DNA of 64,000 nt from Tubiluchus corallicola (taxonomy: Eukaryota > Animalia > Priapulida): assembly GCA_030141605.1 (NCBI GenBank), contig JAQGDQ010002405.1:1-64000 (forward strand). Direction: 5' to 3'. Shown one piece after another: positions 51,279 to 62,256 of the stretch (position 1 is its first letter; every line of letters starts with the position of its first letter). The notes under the pieces were generated by a model. It saw only the letters and a program-made list of their open reading frames with translations, was not told where the DNA came from and did not search any database. The position numbers were made by a program, and so were the translations under genes.

Positions 51279-53618
51279 GTGAAGAGATGGAGTATCAGGC
51301 TTTTTGTAGCCTTGGTCTTACTGGTTGTGTTTTATTTAATAAAACCCTTCCCTCCCCCGCTTTTTAAAACCGATTACAGCGTAGTTGTTACCGATGAGCA
51401 AGGGAAAATATTAAGGGTCTTTCTGAATGAAAATGAACAGTGGTGCCTGCCTCCCAGAGCGGAGGATAGCGTACCTCGCAAACTACAGGAAGCGGTACTT
51501 CTGTTTGAAGATAAGCACTTCTACTACCACCCCGGATTTAACCCCGCTTCAATCTTAAGGGCAATAAAACAGAACCTGTCCCAAAAAAGAGTGGTTAGCG
51601 GAGCAAGCACTATCACTATGCAGGTTGCACGCTTGAGAAGTGCGAATAAAAGAAACTACTGGAGCAAAATAAAGGAGATATGCCAGGCCGTAAAAATAGA
51701 AGTACATTACACAAAAGATGAAATACTAAAACTCTACCTGGACCACGCCCCGTACGGAGCAAACATTAAGGGCTACCAGGCAGCATCATACAGATATTTT
51801 GAGAAAAAACCGAAAGAACTGAGCTGGGCAGAAGCCGCCACACTGGCTATTTTGCCAAACGCACCAGGAATAATATTCCCCTCCGGAAACAATAAACAGG
51901 TAAAAGAAAAAAGAGATAGGCTTCTGAGTAAACTGTTAAAGAAAGGTGTAATTGACAAAAAAATATTTGAACTTGCCGTATTGGAACCAATACCTTATAA
52001 AATCTACCCCTTTGACCTTGCCGCACCACACTTTTCACGATATGTGAAAAACAGGTATCCGAGGCAAAAAACAATCAGGACAACCTTAAACCTAGGCCTG
52101 CAAAACCGTGTGCAGGAGCTCACCAGGCTACATGTAAAAAAAATCCGCAATGAAGGGATAAAAAACGCTGCCGTATTGGTTACAGAAACAAAAACCGGAA
52201 AAATAAAAGCCTATGTGGGGTCACAGAATTTCTTTGACTTCGATGCATTAGGCCAGGTCAATGGAGTAGTAGCGCCCCGCTCGTCAGGTTCAATCTTAAA
52301 ACCCTTCTTATATGGACTCTCTATTGACGAGGGAATAATAGTACCAAAAACACTAATAAAAGATGTGCCAACCTACTTTAACGCATTCTCACCAAGCAAT
52401 GCCGATAAAAAGTTTAACGGCATAGTAACGGCACAGGAGTCATTAATAAAGTCTCTGAATGTGCCATCTGTCAGGCTCCTAAACACATATGGAGTATACC
52501 AGTTTTATACCTTTCTCAAAGAAGCGGGAGTAACAACACTATTTAGAGAAGCAGAAGAGTACGGCCTGCCTTTAATAATAGGAGGGGCAGAAGTGAACCT
52601 GTTAGACATGACCAAGCTCTACAGAGGATTGGCAAATAGAGGAGTCTTTACGCCAATCATATACCGGGATCAAGACTCGGTAATGATGCGGACAAATGCA
52701 CAGCAGTTGATAAGCCCGGGAGCATGCTATATAACATTGCAAGCGCTTAGAGACCTAAAAAGGCCGGGAGTGGAATACAACTGGAGAAAATATCAACATC
52801 AAAAACCAATCGCATGGAAAACAGGAACAAGCTATGGACACAAAGATGCATGGGCAATAGGTGTCTTACCGGAGTGGACAATAGCTGTTTGGGTAGGTAA
52901 CTTCGATGGAGAAGGAAATCCCAGGCTATCGGGAACAGTCAGTGCCGGATCACTGCTATTCGATATACTCAACAACCTCCCCAATAAAGGATCATACCGG
53001 TTCAATAAAAACTACGATGACTTTGCTCAAATCAACATCTGTAAAAAAACCGGGTTCCTTGCAGGACAGAACTGCCCGGAAAAAGAACAGGTCGACGTAC
53101 CTATTTATATGCAGCCACTTAGACTCTGCCCTTTCCACAAAGCAGTATATGTAGATAGAGAAGAAAAGTACTCGGTGTGCTCATACTGCTGGGGAAAAGG
53201 GTACTACGAAAAAAAGATACTATCATACCCGCCCGATGTGTTACATCAGCTAAAAGCCCGTGGCAGAGTTTTAGATGGCACACCTGAACATAACCCAAGC
53301 TGCGAAAATAGAAAAATCTCAAAACAGATGACCTTTATATACCCCAAAGACTCTTCATATATATGGATACCAAGAGATTTCGGAGGGGAAAGCCAAAAAC
53401 TAATATCAAAAATAGCCCACACATCCCCCCAGAAAAATGTGTTCTGGTACCTTGATGATATATACCTGGGAAACACCATTGGGAAACACTCAAAAGCAAT
53501 AGAAACTGACGCAGGATGGCACAAGCTTCTCGTAACAGATGAACAAGGGAATGAAGAAAAAGTTCAATTCTTTATTGGAAACAGGAAAAATCAGGCTTTT
53601 CCGGAAGCAAAACAGTAA
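51279..53618 (+). CDS. pbpC: Penicillin-binding protein 1C
   Basis: Transglycosylase EDKHF, SGASTITMQVAR; transpeptidase SILK, SLN and KTGTS; canonical A2M partner. Confidence 0.95.
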   Translation: MKRWSIRLFVALVLLVVFYLIKPFPPPLFKTDYSVVVTDEQGKILRVFLNENEQWCLPPRAEDSVPRKLQEAVLLFEDKHFYYHPGFNPASILRAIKQNLSQKRVVSGASTITMQVARLRSANKRNYWSKIKEICQAVKIEVHYTKDEILKLYLDHAPYGANIKGYQAASYRYFEKKPKELSWAEAATLAILPNAPGIIFPSGNNKQVKEKRDRLLSKLLKKGVIDKKIFELAVLEPIPYKIYPFDLAAPHFSRYVKNRYPRQKTIRTTLNLGLQNRVQELTRLHVKKIRNEGIKNAAVLVTETKTGKIKAYVGSQNFFDFDALGQVNGVVAPRSSGSILKPFLYGLSIDEGIIVPKTLIKDVPTYFNAFSPSNADKKFNGIVTAQESLIKSLNVPSVRLLNTYGVYQFYTFLKEAGVTTLFREAEEYGLPLIIGGAEVNLLDMTKLYRGLANRGVFTPIIYRDQDSVMMRTNAQQLISPGACYITLQALRDLKRPGVEYNWRKYQHQKPIAWKTGTSYGHKDAWAIGVLPEWTIAVWVGNFDGEGNPRLSGTVSAGSLLFDILNNLPNKGSYRFNKNYDDFAQINICKKTGFLAGQNCPEKEQVDVPIYMQPLRLCPFHKAVYVDREEKYSVCSYCWGKGYYEKKILSYPPDVLHQLKARGRVLDGTPEHNPSCENRKISKQMTFIYPKDSSYIWIPRDFGGESQKLISKIAHTSPQKNVFWYLDDIYLGNTIGKHSKAIETDAGWHKLLVTDEQGNEEKVQFFIGNRKNQAFPEAKQ

Positions 53619-53640
53619 AAAACTCAATAAAAAATAAAAC

Positions 53641-54039
53641 TGCCCTTAAAAGCTTGATTTTTTGCCTCTTTTCTATCAAAACAAAAGAACATAAGCTCCC
53701 CTTGAAACACAACCGCCACTACTAAAAACTCTTAACAAGAAAACAGCGAAAAACAAGGAATGCCCTTAAAGGCTCGATTTTTTGGTTCTTTTGTATCAAA
53801 ACAAAAGAACGTAAAGAAAAACCTTGAAACACAACCGCCACTACTAAAAGCTCTTAACAAGAAAACAGCGAAAAACAAGGAATGCCCTTAAAGGCTCGAT
53901 TTTTTGGTTCTTTTGTATCAAAACAAAAGAACGTAAAGAAAAACCTTGAAACACAACCGCCACTACTAAAAGCTCTTAACAAGAAAACAGCGAAAAACAA
54001 GGAATGCCCTTAAAGGCTCGATTTTTTGGTTCTTTTGTA
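53641..54039 (+). repeat. Tandem array of 120-122 bp units containing the palindromic repeat (3 full + 1 truncated)
   Basis: TGCCCTTAAA starts at 53641, 53761, 53883 and 54005. Units 2 and 3 are identical. Each carries the hairpin TTCTTTTGT-ATCAAA-ACAAAAGAA (degenerate in unit 1). Confidence 0.95.
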
Positions 54040-54041
54040 CC

Positions 54042-54891
54042 TGTTTAACTTCAAAACTTATTGGACAAATTGATGCTTAAAGTTAAGAGATAGTTTTATA
54101 ATTCAAATTCTCTTTTTTATGGTGATGATAATTCACCTGTTGACTTGTTGGAAACTCGCAGAGTTTTCAATAAATCAAAAGTGATACACTGCGATTTTCT
54201 GATTCCTTTTTCTTCTTTCATTTAGCGTTTTTATTTTAATGTTTTCACGATTGCCCAGTAACTGTTTTTGCCTTCCAAAATACACGTCGGCAGGTGTAAC
54301 ATTCTTGAGTGATTCATGATACCGGTGGTTGTTGTAATTATATACAAACTCCTGTAGAACCGTCATTAGTTCATCAGGAAAGTAGTAGTTATCCAACTTT
54401 ACCTGATTTTTCATGGTGCGGTGGTAACGCTCAATTTTCCCTTGTGTTTGAGGGTGGTATGGGGCTCCACGTACATGTCCCATTTTGGTATCTTTTAAAA
54501 AGCTCTGAAACTCGTTTGATATGTAGCACGCTCCATTACCGGAGAGTAACCTGGGACAATCGCCTGCAGGTATTTTGGCCGTATGTAAAGCCTTTTGAAT
54601 AACATGCTTGGCATCGGCCGACTCAATGCTTTGGCAAAGCTCCCAGGTGACGATATACCTTGAATAATCGTCCATTACGGTAGCCAAATAATACCAGCCC
54701 CATCCAATGATTTTAAAGTAGGTGAAATCGGTTTGCCATTGCTGGTGCACACGCGTGGTCTTATCTTTAAACTCATTTGTTCGGTAGTCTGTTTTTTTGC
54801 CTTCATCTTACTCGTTTTTATCGGTTATAATGTAAGAAATGTCTCTCTTAATTTTTAAACCAATTTGTCCGAATTAAGCTGAAGATTTACA
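54042..54891 (-). mobile_element. Internally deleted IS3/IS481-type insertion sequence
   Basis: Imperfect about 50-bp terminal IRs (TGTTTAACTTCA...GGACAAATTG vs TGTAAATCTTCA...GGACAAATTG). Integrase core WQTDFTY...DDYSR...HPQTQGKIER at 54175-54750. Start MKAKKQTTE (54806) is fused out of frame to the core. Confidence 0.85.
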
Positions 54892-54973
54892 AATAAATGG
54901 GTTGAAGAAAAAATAATATTAACGAAAAGAAACGCCACCACACACCAAGCCTCATTTGCTATCAGGCTCAAAA

Positions 54974-56119
54974 TTAGTGATTAAACACAAGCATAAACTG
55001 CACCCCACTTCCCTGAAAGGCGGCAGTGTTTCCGGCAGCTCCGTAAACATTGAGTTTTTCGGGGTTCCAGTAAAGTACAAGATGCAAACCAATGCTATCA
55101 TACTGCTTTTGCCAATTTATAAACCGGTACCAGCCGCTATTCGAGTAGTCATAGTATATTATCGCCACAATATTATCTGACAATCCCAGCGGGTAACTTG
55201 ACAAAAGGGCGGAAAACAATCCTCCCTCTCCACCACCAAAAGCCCGCCCTGACACATCTGCCCACAACAACTCATGTACCACATTGAGGCCATTCCCGAC
55301 CTTAAAGGTGTAATCAGCTCCAATACACAGCTGCCTCTGCCAGGGATAATAACCGGAGGGCATACTCTGATTTGTGATAACACTCTCAAACCACAAACCC
55401 GGCCCTCCCTCAATATCCCACCTTCCGTCCAATCCAACCCTATTTTCAACAACTCTTCCCTCTCCACGCCCAATCACCCCCACCACCTTCTCAAAATCAA
55501 CCTCACGATTGTGATACGAAACAGCTACCTCTCCAGACAGGGCAGGAACCTGTATCCTACCACCTGCCTCAGGACGATTGCGTTTTGAAGGCACCACTTC
55601 CCACCCCTTGACAGAACCATTGCCGTATAATCCCCACAACCATACATTGGCGCTATTCATAAAATAGTAACGCGCCAGCACTCCATACACCCCATCAGTA
55701 ATCTGCAAAGGGTCACGCGGGTCAATCTGATCAAACCACATAAGAGGGCGTAGCATCATGCCAGGTCCAAAATTTATCTTCTGAAGCCCTCCCCTCACCT
55801 CCAGTCTATCGCCACTATAACGGCACCATAGCCGATACGGCCTGATATCACCACTACTGCTAAAGTCACAGTCAAAATACTCCGTAGCTCCAAAAATATT
55901 CGCCGAAGCCTCTACGTCAATCAGGCTACTTTTTGAAACGGAATACTCAAAATCCAAAGTAGGTATATACCTGGCACCTGACATCGCTCCAAAACTATCG
56001 TGCAGCTTCAATGTTATCCATCCGTCAACCTGCCCGTTAAAAGAGACATTCTGCCCATATACATATCCAGTAAATACAAACTGCACAACAATCAATACAC
56101 GCTTATAACACAACCTCAT
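54974..56119 (-). CDS. Putative outer-membrane beta-barrel protein
   Basis: Signal peptide, GLQKINFG...FDQIDPRDP, aromatic beta strands, C-terminal VFNH. Confidence 0.65.
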   Translation of the reverse strand: MRLCYKRVLIVVQFVFTGYVYGQNVSFNGQVDGWITLKLHDSFGAMSGARYIPTLDFEYSVSKSSLIDVEASANIFGATEYFDCDFSSSGDIRPYRLWCRYSGDRLEVRGGLQKINFGPGMMLRPLMWFDQIDPRDPLQITDGVYGVLARYYFMNSANVWLWGLYGNGSVKGWEVVPSKRNRPEAGGRIQVPALSGEVAVSYHNREVDFEKVVGVIGRGEGRVVENRVGLDGRWDIEGGPGLWFESVITNQSMPSGYYPWQRQLCIGADYTFKVGNGLNVVHELLWADVSGRAFGGGEGGLFSALLSSYPLGLSDNIVAIIYYDYSNSGWYRFINWQKQYDSIGLHLVLYWNPEKLNVYGAAGNTAAFQGSGVQFMLVFNH

Positions 56120-56529
56120 TTGACTCTGCCCTCCGGGATTAATACCGAGTTTAAAAAACTACTTTTTACAGCCTCGAATAAACAAAAATATAAAATTACA
56201 CCCACGATGGGCAAAATCAAGCCGGGGCTCTTGCAAAACAAAAAAATTGATTATAACGATGAAGAGAGAACCAACCGTAATTCCGATATAAATAAAAAGA
56301 TCTGAAGAAAAAATAGTATTAATAAAAAAGTGTGCTCACAGGAGCCTCAGTTCTGTTAAACAAAGCCTCACATACCCCTGCTGAAAGTAAATCACCGCCA
56401 ATTAAATGTCTGATTTAAAACAAACCGACAAAATTAATTTGGGGTAACAATTTTTTATTACTACCTTGCAGCAACGCCTCGACAATAGGGCAATAGTCAG
56501 TAATAAAGCAACATTAAATATTAATATTT

Positions 56530-56805
56530 ATGACTATTAAGGAAAAAAAGAGTGATAAAGAAGTAAACAGAAGTATTGAACCCAGAAACAGGTATCTTGT
56601 ACTCTACAATGATAACTATAACACTTTTGACCATGTAGCTAATACATTATCAAAGGTATGTAACCACGATACAACTCAGGCGTCGCAATGCACATATATT
56701 GCACACTACAAGGGTGAGTGCATAATCAAAGAGGGGTTAAAAGAGAATTTGGCCCCTATGGAGAACGCACTTGGTGCATACGGCCTCAACGTTGAAATTA
56801 GATGA
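56530..56805 (+). CDS. clpS: ATP-dependent Clp protease adaptor ClpS
   Basis: LVLYNDNYNTFDHV...QASQCTYIAHYKG. Confidence 0.9.
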   Translation: MTIKEKKSDKEVNRSIEPRNRYLVLYNDNYNTFDHVANTLSKVCNHDTTQASQCTYIAHYKGECIIKEGLKENLAPMENALGAYGLNVEIR

Positions 56806-56831
56806 TGTGATTTTAACTCTAATCTTCTTGT

Positions 56832-57308
56832 ATGAACTCTATTGTTATAATATTGGGACTTATTCTTCTGGGAGCTGTGCTACTCATTATAGAGCTTGCG
56901 GTTATTCCCGGTGTGACTGTTTTCGGAATTGCAGGGGGGGGATTATTTGTGTATAGTACATACTTGGCTTTTGTCAACTATGGCATATGGGGAGGTGTTC
57001 TTGCATTGCTTCTTGTCACAATAGTAACCCCGATCATTTTCTACCGCTTCTTTAAAGGCAGGTTGGGAAAAAAAATGAGACTAAGCTCTGCTATTACAGG
57101 CAAAGCAGCTCAAATAGACAAGCAGGCTGTAAAGCAGGGAGACAGAGGTGTTGCATTAACAAGGCTGGCACCTATAGGGAAGATATTGGTAGACAACAAT
57201 GTGTATGAAGGTAAAACCTCCGGAAACCTGATTGATGCAGGAGAGAGGGTAAAAGTAATTAAAGTGCTAAAAAATCAATTAGTTATTAAACAAATAAAAA
57301 GTCGATAA
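56832..57308 (+). CDS. NfeD family protein
   Basis: IELAVIPG TM region and OB-fold GVALTRLAPIG; directly upstream of floA. Confidence 0.88.
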   Translation: MNSIVIILGLILLGAVLLIIELAVIPGVTVFGIAGGGLFVYSTYLAFVNYGIWGGVLALLLVTIVTPIIFYRFFKGRLGKKMRLSSAITGKAAQIDKQAVKQGDRGVALTRLAPIGKILVDNNVYEGKTSGNLIDAGERVKVIKVLKNQLVIKQIKSR

Positions 57309-57311
57309 ACT

Positions 57312-58304
57312 ATGGACATGGCAAGTATTATTGGAATTTTTGTAGGGATAATTGTACTCCTGATGCTGTTTGTTTACCTTATCCCGATAGGGTTATGGTT
57401 CTCTGCTCTTGTTTCAGGAGTTAACATATCAATACTGCAACTTTTTCTAATGAGATTCAGGAAGGTTCCTCCCGGTACTATTACAAGAGCGATGATAGAA
57501 GCACATAAGGCCGGGCTGAAAGCGGTAATGCGGGATCAACTGGAGGCTCATTACCTTGCGGGGGGACGGGTTGAAAGCGTTGTTCATGCTCTCGTATCCG
57601 CCGAAAAAGCCAATATTGACTTGTCTTTTAACATGGCCACAGCAATTGATTTGGCGGGAAGAGATGTGTTTCAGGCTGTTCAAATGTCAGTAAACCCAAA
57701 AGTCATTGACACGCCCCCAGTTACAGCCGTTGCCAAAGATGGAATACAGCTTATTTGCAAAGCTCGTGTAACAGTAAGGGCAAACATCAAGCAGCTTGTC
57801 GGAGGAGCAGGAGAAGAGACCATCTTGGCAAGAGTGGGAGAAGGTATCGTATCCTCAATTGGATCCTCATATTCCCACAAAGAGGTGCTGGAGAACCCCG
57901 ACTCAATATCAAAATTGGTGCTAGAAAAAGGGTTGGATGCAGGAACAGCATTTGAAATACTATCTATTGATATTGCAGATATTGATATTGGTAAAAATAT
58001 AGGGGCGGTCCTTCAAATGGATCAGGCAGATGCAGATAAAAACATAGCTCAGGCAAAAGCAGAGGAACGTCGCGCAATGGCAGTCGCTCTAGAGCAGGAA
58101 ATGCGGGCGAAAGCTCAGGAGGCACGCGCAAAAGTAATTGAAGCGGAAGCTCAGGTTCCTTTAGCAATATCAACAGCGTTTAAGAGTGGCAACCTTGGTG
58201 TCATGGACTATATGAAATACAAAAATATAGGCGCTGACACCTTTATGAGGGAATCAATTGCAGATGATGACAGACAGGATACAGAAGAGGATGTCAACGA
58301 TTAG
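57312..58304 (+). CDS. floA: Flotillin-like protein FloA (YqfA)
   Basis: [49 protein letters not shown]. Confidence 0.95.
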   Translation: MDMASIIGIFVGIIVLLMLFVYLIPIGLWFSALVSGVNISILQLFLMRFRKVPPGTITRAMIEAHKAGLKAVMRDQLEAHYLAGGRVESVVHALVSAEKANIDLSFNMATAIDLAGRDVFQAVQMSVNPKVIDTPPVTAVAKDGIQLICKARVTVRANIKQLVGGAGEETILARVGEGIVSSIGSSYSHKEVLENPDSISKLVLEKGLDAGTAFEILSIDIADIDIGKNIGAVLQMDQADADKNIAQAKAEERRAMAVALEQEMRAKAQEARAKVIEAEAQVPLAISTAFKSGNLGVMDYMKYKNIGADTFMRESIADDDRQDTEEDVND

Positions 58305-58396
58305 TCAAAACTTTTTCACTGCTCAATAGTCGCACAAAGAGGCTGTCCAAAAATGATGGCTTAAAAAAGAATCCTGATAAAAGTGCTAATAAAACG

Positions 58397-59734
58397 AGCA
58401 CTATCTCATAAACTGTGTAAATAGAAAATGCCGAGGGTTGCAACCCTCGGCATTTTTTTGTTTAATTTTAAAACTTTAGACAGTAATGAAAAAAGAAGAT
58501 TTATTAAATGATGATTTCCTTGAACAGTTTAATTCAGGGGAAGAGCTCAATGGTTTTTTACAAGAGCTCCAAAAACGAGGCATTGAAAAGATGCTTGAAG
58601 GAGAACTCGATGGTCATTTAGGCTATGATAAGAATCAAAAATCGAATAATCAGAATGCCCGCAATGGCTATTCAGAGAAGAGAGTCCGAACCACTCTGGG
58701 AGAATCCAACATTCAGGTTCCCCGAGACCGTGATGCTTCGTTTAATCCGATGATTGTACCCAAAGGAGGGAACATGGTCGATGGCTTAGAGAATATCATT
58801 GTTTCGTTTTATGCTAAAGGAATGAGTAATAGCGATATTGAAGAGCAAATTCGGGAGCTATACGGTTTTGAAGTTTCTACATCCACCATATCAAGGATTA
58901 CCGATTCAGTCACCAACGACATTGTAGCGTGGCAGAACCGACCTCTGGAAATTGTATACCTAATTGTTTGGATGGATGGCATTGTATTTAAAGTGCGGGA
59001 GAACTCTAAGGTCGTCAACAAAACCGTTTACATTGCCGTAGGACTTCGCAGAGATGGGAAAAAAGAGGTTCTTGGCTTATGGTTGGGCAAGAGTGAGTCC
59101 GCTGCCTTTTGGATGAACGTACTTACCGATATGAAAGCCCGTGGAGTTAACGATATCCTGATTACGGCAACAGATAACTTGAATGGCTTTACAGATACTA
59201 TCCGAACTGTTTTCCCTGAATCTAAAACACAAATATGTGTTGTTCATCAAATCCGTAACGCAAGCAGATACGTGGTTTGGAAAGATAAAAAGGCATTTAC
59301 AAAAGATATGAAGCAAATCTATAACGCCCATACAAAAGAGGCTGCAAAAGCAGCTTTAGAAGATTTTGCAGCAGCTTGGGAGGATAAATACTCTTACGCA
59401 ATTAAAAGCTGGCGAGACAACTGGGAAGATCTAACCGTATTCTTTGAGTTTCCGCTGGAAATCATAAAGATAATTTATACAACCAACCTGATTGAGAATC
59501 TCAACGGAAAAATCAGAAAATACACAAAAAACAAACTTTCATTCCCGTCAGACCAGGCTGTAATGAAATCTGTATTTTTGGCAACCAGAGAAGCAACTAA
59601 AAAATGGTCAATGCCAATCAGAAACTGGGGCATTGTCTTGAATCAGTTCTTAGTTATATTTGAAAAAAGGGTCCAGCTATAAATAGCCAAACCCTCGGTA
59701 TTTTTTTAGTTTACACACTTTGTGAAACAGTGTC
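58397..59734 (+). mobile_element. IS256-family insertion sequence with 8-bp target duplication
   Basis: Imperfect IRs AGCACTATCTCATAAACTGTGTAAA / TTTACACACTTTGTGAAACAGTGTC. ATAAAACG is duplicated at 58389-58396 and 59735-59742. Confidence 0.95.
58486..59682 (+). CDS. IS256 family transposase
   Basis: [34 protein letters not shown]. Confidence 0.95.
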   Translation: MKKEDLLNDDFLEQFNSGEELNGFLQELQKRGIEKMLEGELDGHLGYDKNQKSNNQNARNGYSEKRVRTTLGESNIQVPRDRDASFNPMIVPKGGNMVDGLENIIVSFYAKGMSNSDIEEQIRELYGFEVSTSTISRITDSVTNDIVAWQNRPLEIVYLIVWMDGIVFKVRENSKVVNKTVYIAVGLRRDGKKEVLGLWLGKSESAAFWMNVLTDMKARGVNDILITATDNLNGFTDTIRTVFPESKTQICVVHQIRNASRYVVWKDKKAFTKDMKQIYNAHTKEAAKAALEDFAAAWEDKYSYAIKSWRDNWEDLTVFFEFPLEIIKIIYTTNLIENLNGKIRKYTKNKLSFPSDQAVMKSVFLATREATKKWSMPIRNWGIVLNQFLVIFEKRVQL

Positions 59735-59765
59735 ATAAAACGTGAACTTTGCGAAGAGCTCGTTA

Positions 59766-62168
59766 TTACCTGCTACCGTTAAGCTGCAATAAGCTACGAG
59801 CAAATGCCTGCTTTACACTTTCAGGAATACTCTGCTCTTCCAACGCTTTAGTATAGACACTCTTTGCCTTGTCTACACTACCGGATTCCAGATAGTAGTT
59901 GGCAAGCAGCGCATACGCGTCTCCATAATCCGGAAAATCGCTTATCAGCTGTAGCAATACCTTCTCAGCCTCCAAACCTTTATTGGCCTGCAAAAGGAAA
60001 TAGGCGTATGTATAGCTGTAACGACTGTTGTCCGAATCATGCCGGGCAGCAAGCTCGCTAAAGACCAGAGCCTCATCTATGTTCTGTTTGGATAGAATAA
60101 CGGCAAGGTTGTATGCGGCAGTAACCGACTTGGGGTTTATCTCCATAAGCTTGCGATATACAGTCTCAGCCTCACCCATGCGTCCCTGCTCACCCAGCAA
60201 AAGGGCATAGTTAAGATTTGCAGCCTCATTATCAGGAGCAACCACAAGAGCCTGTACAAGCCTCTTTTCTGCTGTGGCGTAGTCGCCAACCAGACCATAA
60301 ACATATCCCGCATTCACTAATGAAGGCACCGCTTCCGGATTTAACCCAGCCGAAATATTGTAAGCAGACAGCGCTTCATCAAACCGCTCCTGCTGAGTAT
60401 AAAAGTTACCCAGATTATAGTGTGCCGACCACTCGTCAATACGTGCAGTAAGCAACTCCTCATAATCCTCAAAACAAGGAGTAAGCTTTAAAAGCTCCGC
60501 CCGTGAAAAAGAGCTTCGGGGGTAAAGTGTTAATGATGAAATAGCAGCCATGCGCACAGCCATATATCTGTCATCTAATGCTCTTAACAGTACACTTTTA
60601 CTTTTCGGCGAAAAATCGGAAGCAAGCCCCTCAGCAGCAGCTATCCTAACCAGTGGCGACTCGGCAGCAGACAGCATATCCCTGAAAACATCCCACTTGC
60701 TATCATCAGTAGCGCGGGCAACCAACCTTATTAACGACGCTGTGTACACCTCCTTGTCTGCATTCTCTTTTATATAGCTCAGCATCTCCCCTACCCTGCT
60801 AAAATCATTATCTCTCGCCTCCTTTATCAGCTTACCAACATAAACCACCGAAGCCTGATAATCCTTTTTATACCGCTTACGCACCACCCTGTCTGCCCAA
60901 GCAGCATCTCTGCCTTCATGACAAATATTACACGCGTTTGGGGAACCAAATTCAACACTTGCGGCAGGCATAGGCGGACGCATAGAGTGATCGCTACGCA
61001 CCATTCTGGCAAACTCGGTCTTTGGCATGTGGCACGCCACACACTGCCCCGCCTTACTATCTGCCGGATGGTATGAATGAGCCTCTATATTCTCCACCTT
61101 ACTTTGATGACACGGCATACATGCATTATTGTGGTCCTCCTCGGCAAAACGATAACGCCCCGATGAGGTGTGACACGTAACACAATGAAACTCCGCTCCT
61201 GCCTGAACACAAGGGCTCTGACTCCAGCTCGTGTAAGTATAATTCTCGCCCAGATCACGACCGTCGGGGTAATAATCAATATTGTCTAGGGTTACAAGAT
61301 TAAAATGATCGTAAAACTCCTCACCCGGCTGATAATGGGCTGTAACCGGCGACATTTTCGCATGGCATGATGAACATGTCGAATTGTGCTGCTCCGTTGT
61401 AAACTTTGATGTCAACAATATCTTCCAGTCATCAGGATGCTCTCCATCCTTCGCATTGCGAAAAACATCGACATGCTCCCTTGACGGGCCATGACACGCC
61501 TCACAGTTGATACCGGGTTCCCTCCATGTAGTAAAATAGGTGCCGGACTCCAGATCATAATTATTTTCCAGCTGGCTAACGTGACAGCTGTGACAAGTTG
61601 TATTAAACGTATACAGATAATGCTTCCACGGTAGTGCCTCATCTTCCACTACCTCTACAAAGTGCCTGACAGCACTCTCCTGGGTATTGTACCACTCTTC
61701 CCGATTAAGGTCATAAGCCAAAGGTAGCACCTGTAGCCTACCCTTATCCAGTGGTGTAAGAAAATAGAAAATATTCTTGCCACCCATAGCATGAACAGCC
61801 TCATAAACGTTAATACTATCTCCGGTACGCTCCTCATATAATAACTTCCCTTCGCGCTTCACTATCCTAAACTCCCCACCCTCAACCTCTTGCCACTCTC
61901 TCATCTCGGGAACCTTGTCGGAAGTAAAACTCTCATCTAGCGGCTGCATCGCTTTACCATGGTGCGATGTCGACCACAGGCGGTAAAACTCCTCATGACA
62001 CTCTTTACAGCTTTCCGATCCTGCATAAACATCAGGCTCAGTATGCCCGGTACTCCTCCCTCCACGGCCGACACATGAAAAAAAAACTACAATTATCAGC
62101 GCTCCCAAAAACAGGGGAAGCAAAATAATAAAACGAAGAACACCAACTTTTCTCACACCATTATCCAT
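59766..62168 (-). CDS. Multiheme (8 CxxCH) cytochrome c with HEAT and TPR repeats
   Basis: CKECH, CHSCH, CEACH, CSSCH, CVTCH, CMPCH, CVACH and CNICH; VRxAA HEAT-like helices; C-terminal TPRs. Confidence 0.87.
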   Translation of the reverse strand: MDNGVRKVGVLRFIILLPLFLGALIIVVFFSCVGRGGRSTGHTEPDVYAGSESCKECHEEFYRLWSTSHHGKAMQPLDESFTSDKVPEMREWQEVEGGEFRIVKREGKLLYEERTGDSINVYEAVHAMGGKNIFYFLTPLDKGRLQVLPLAYDLNREEWYNTQESAVRHFVEVVEDEALPWKHYLYTFNTTCHSCHVSQLENNYDLESGTYFTTWREPGINCEACHGPSREHVDVFRNAKDGEHPDDWKILLTSKFTTEQHNSTCSSCHAKMSPVTAHYQPGEEFYDHFNLVTLDNIDYYPDGRDLGENYTYTSWSQSPCVQAGAEFHCVTCHTSSGRYRFAEEDHNNACMPCHQSKVENIEAHSYHPADSKAGQCVACHMPKTEFARMVRSDHSMRPPMPAASVEFGSPNACNICHEGRDAAWADRVVRKRYKKDYQASVVYVGKLIKEARDNDFSRVGEMLSYIKENADKEVYTASLIRLVARATDDSKWDVFRDMLSAAESPLVRIAAAEGLASDFSPKSKSVLLRALDDRYMAVRMAAISSLTLYPRSSFSRAELLKLTPCFEDYEELLTARIDEWSAHYNLGNFYTQQERFDEALSAYNISAGLNPEAVPSLVNAGYVYGLVGDYATAEKRLVQALVVAPDNEAANLNYALLLGEQGRMGEAETVYRKLMEINPKSVTAAYNLAVILSKQNIDEALVFSELAARHDSDNSRYSYTYAYFLLQANKGLEAEKVLLQLISDFPDYGDAYALLANYYLESGSVDKAKSVYTKALEEQSIPESVKQAFARSLLQLNGSR

Positions 62169-62256
62169 ATATATCCTTTAAAACACCCATCTACTATACT
62201 TGTTTGCTGCCTCTAATAAAACACCGAAAGGTACACTATACCCTCTGCCTCCGCAC

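Noticed and set aside
53641-54039. CRISPR array
   Set aside because: The sequences between the palindromes are identical rather than unique spacers, the period is 122 bp, and there are no cas genes.
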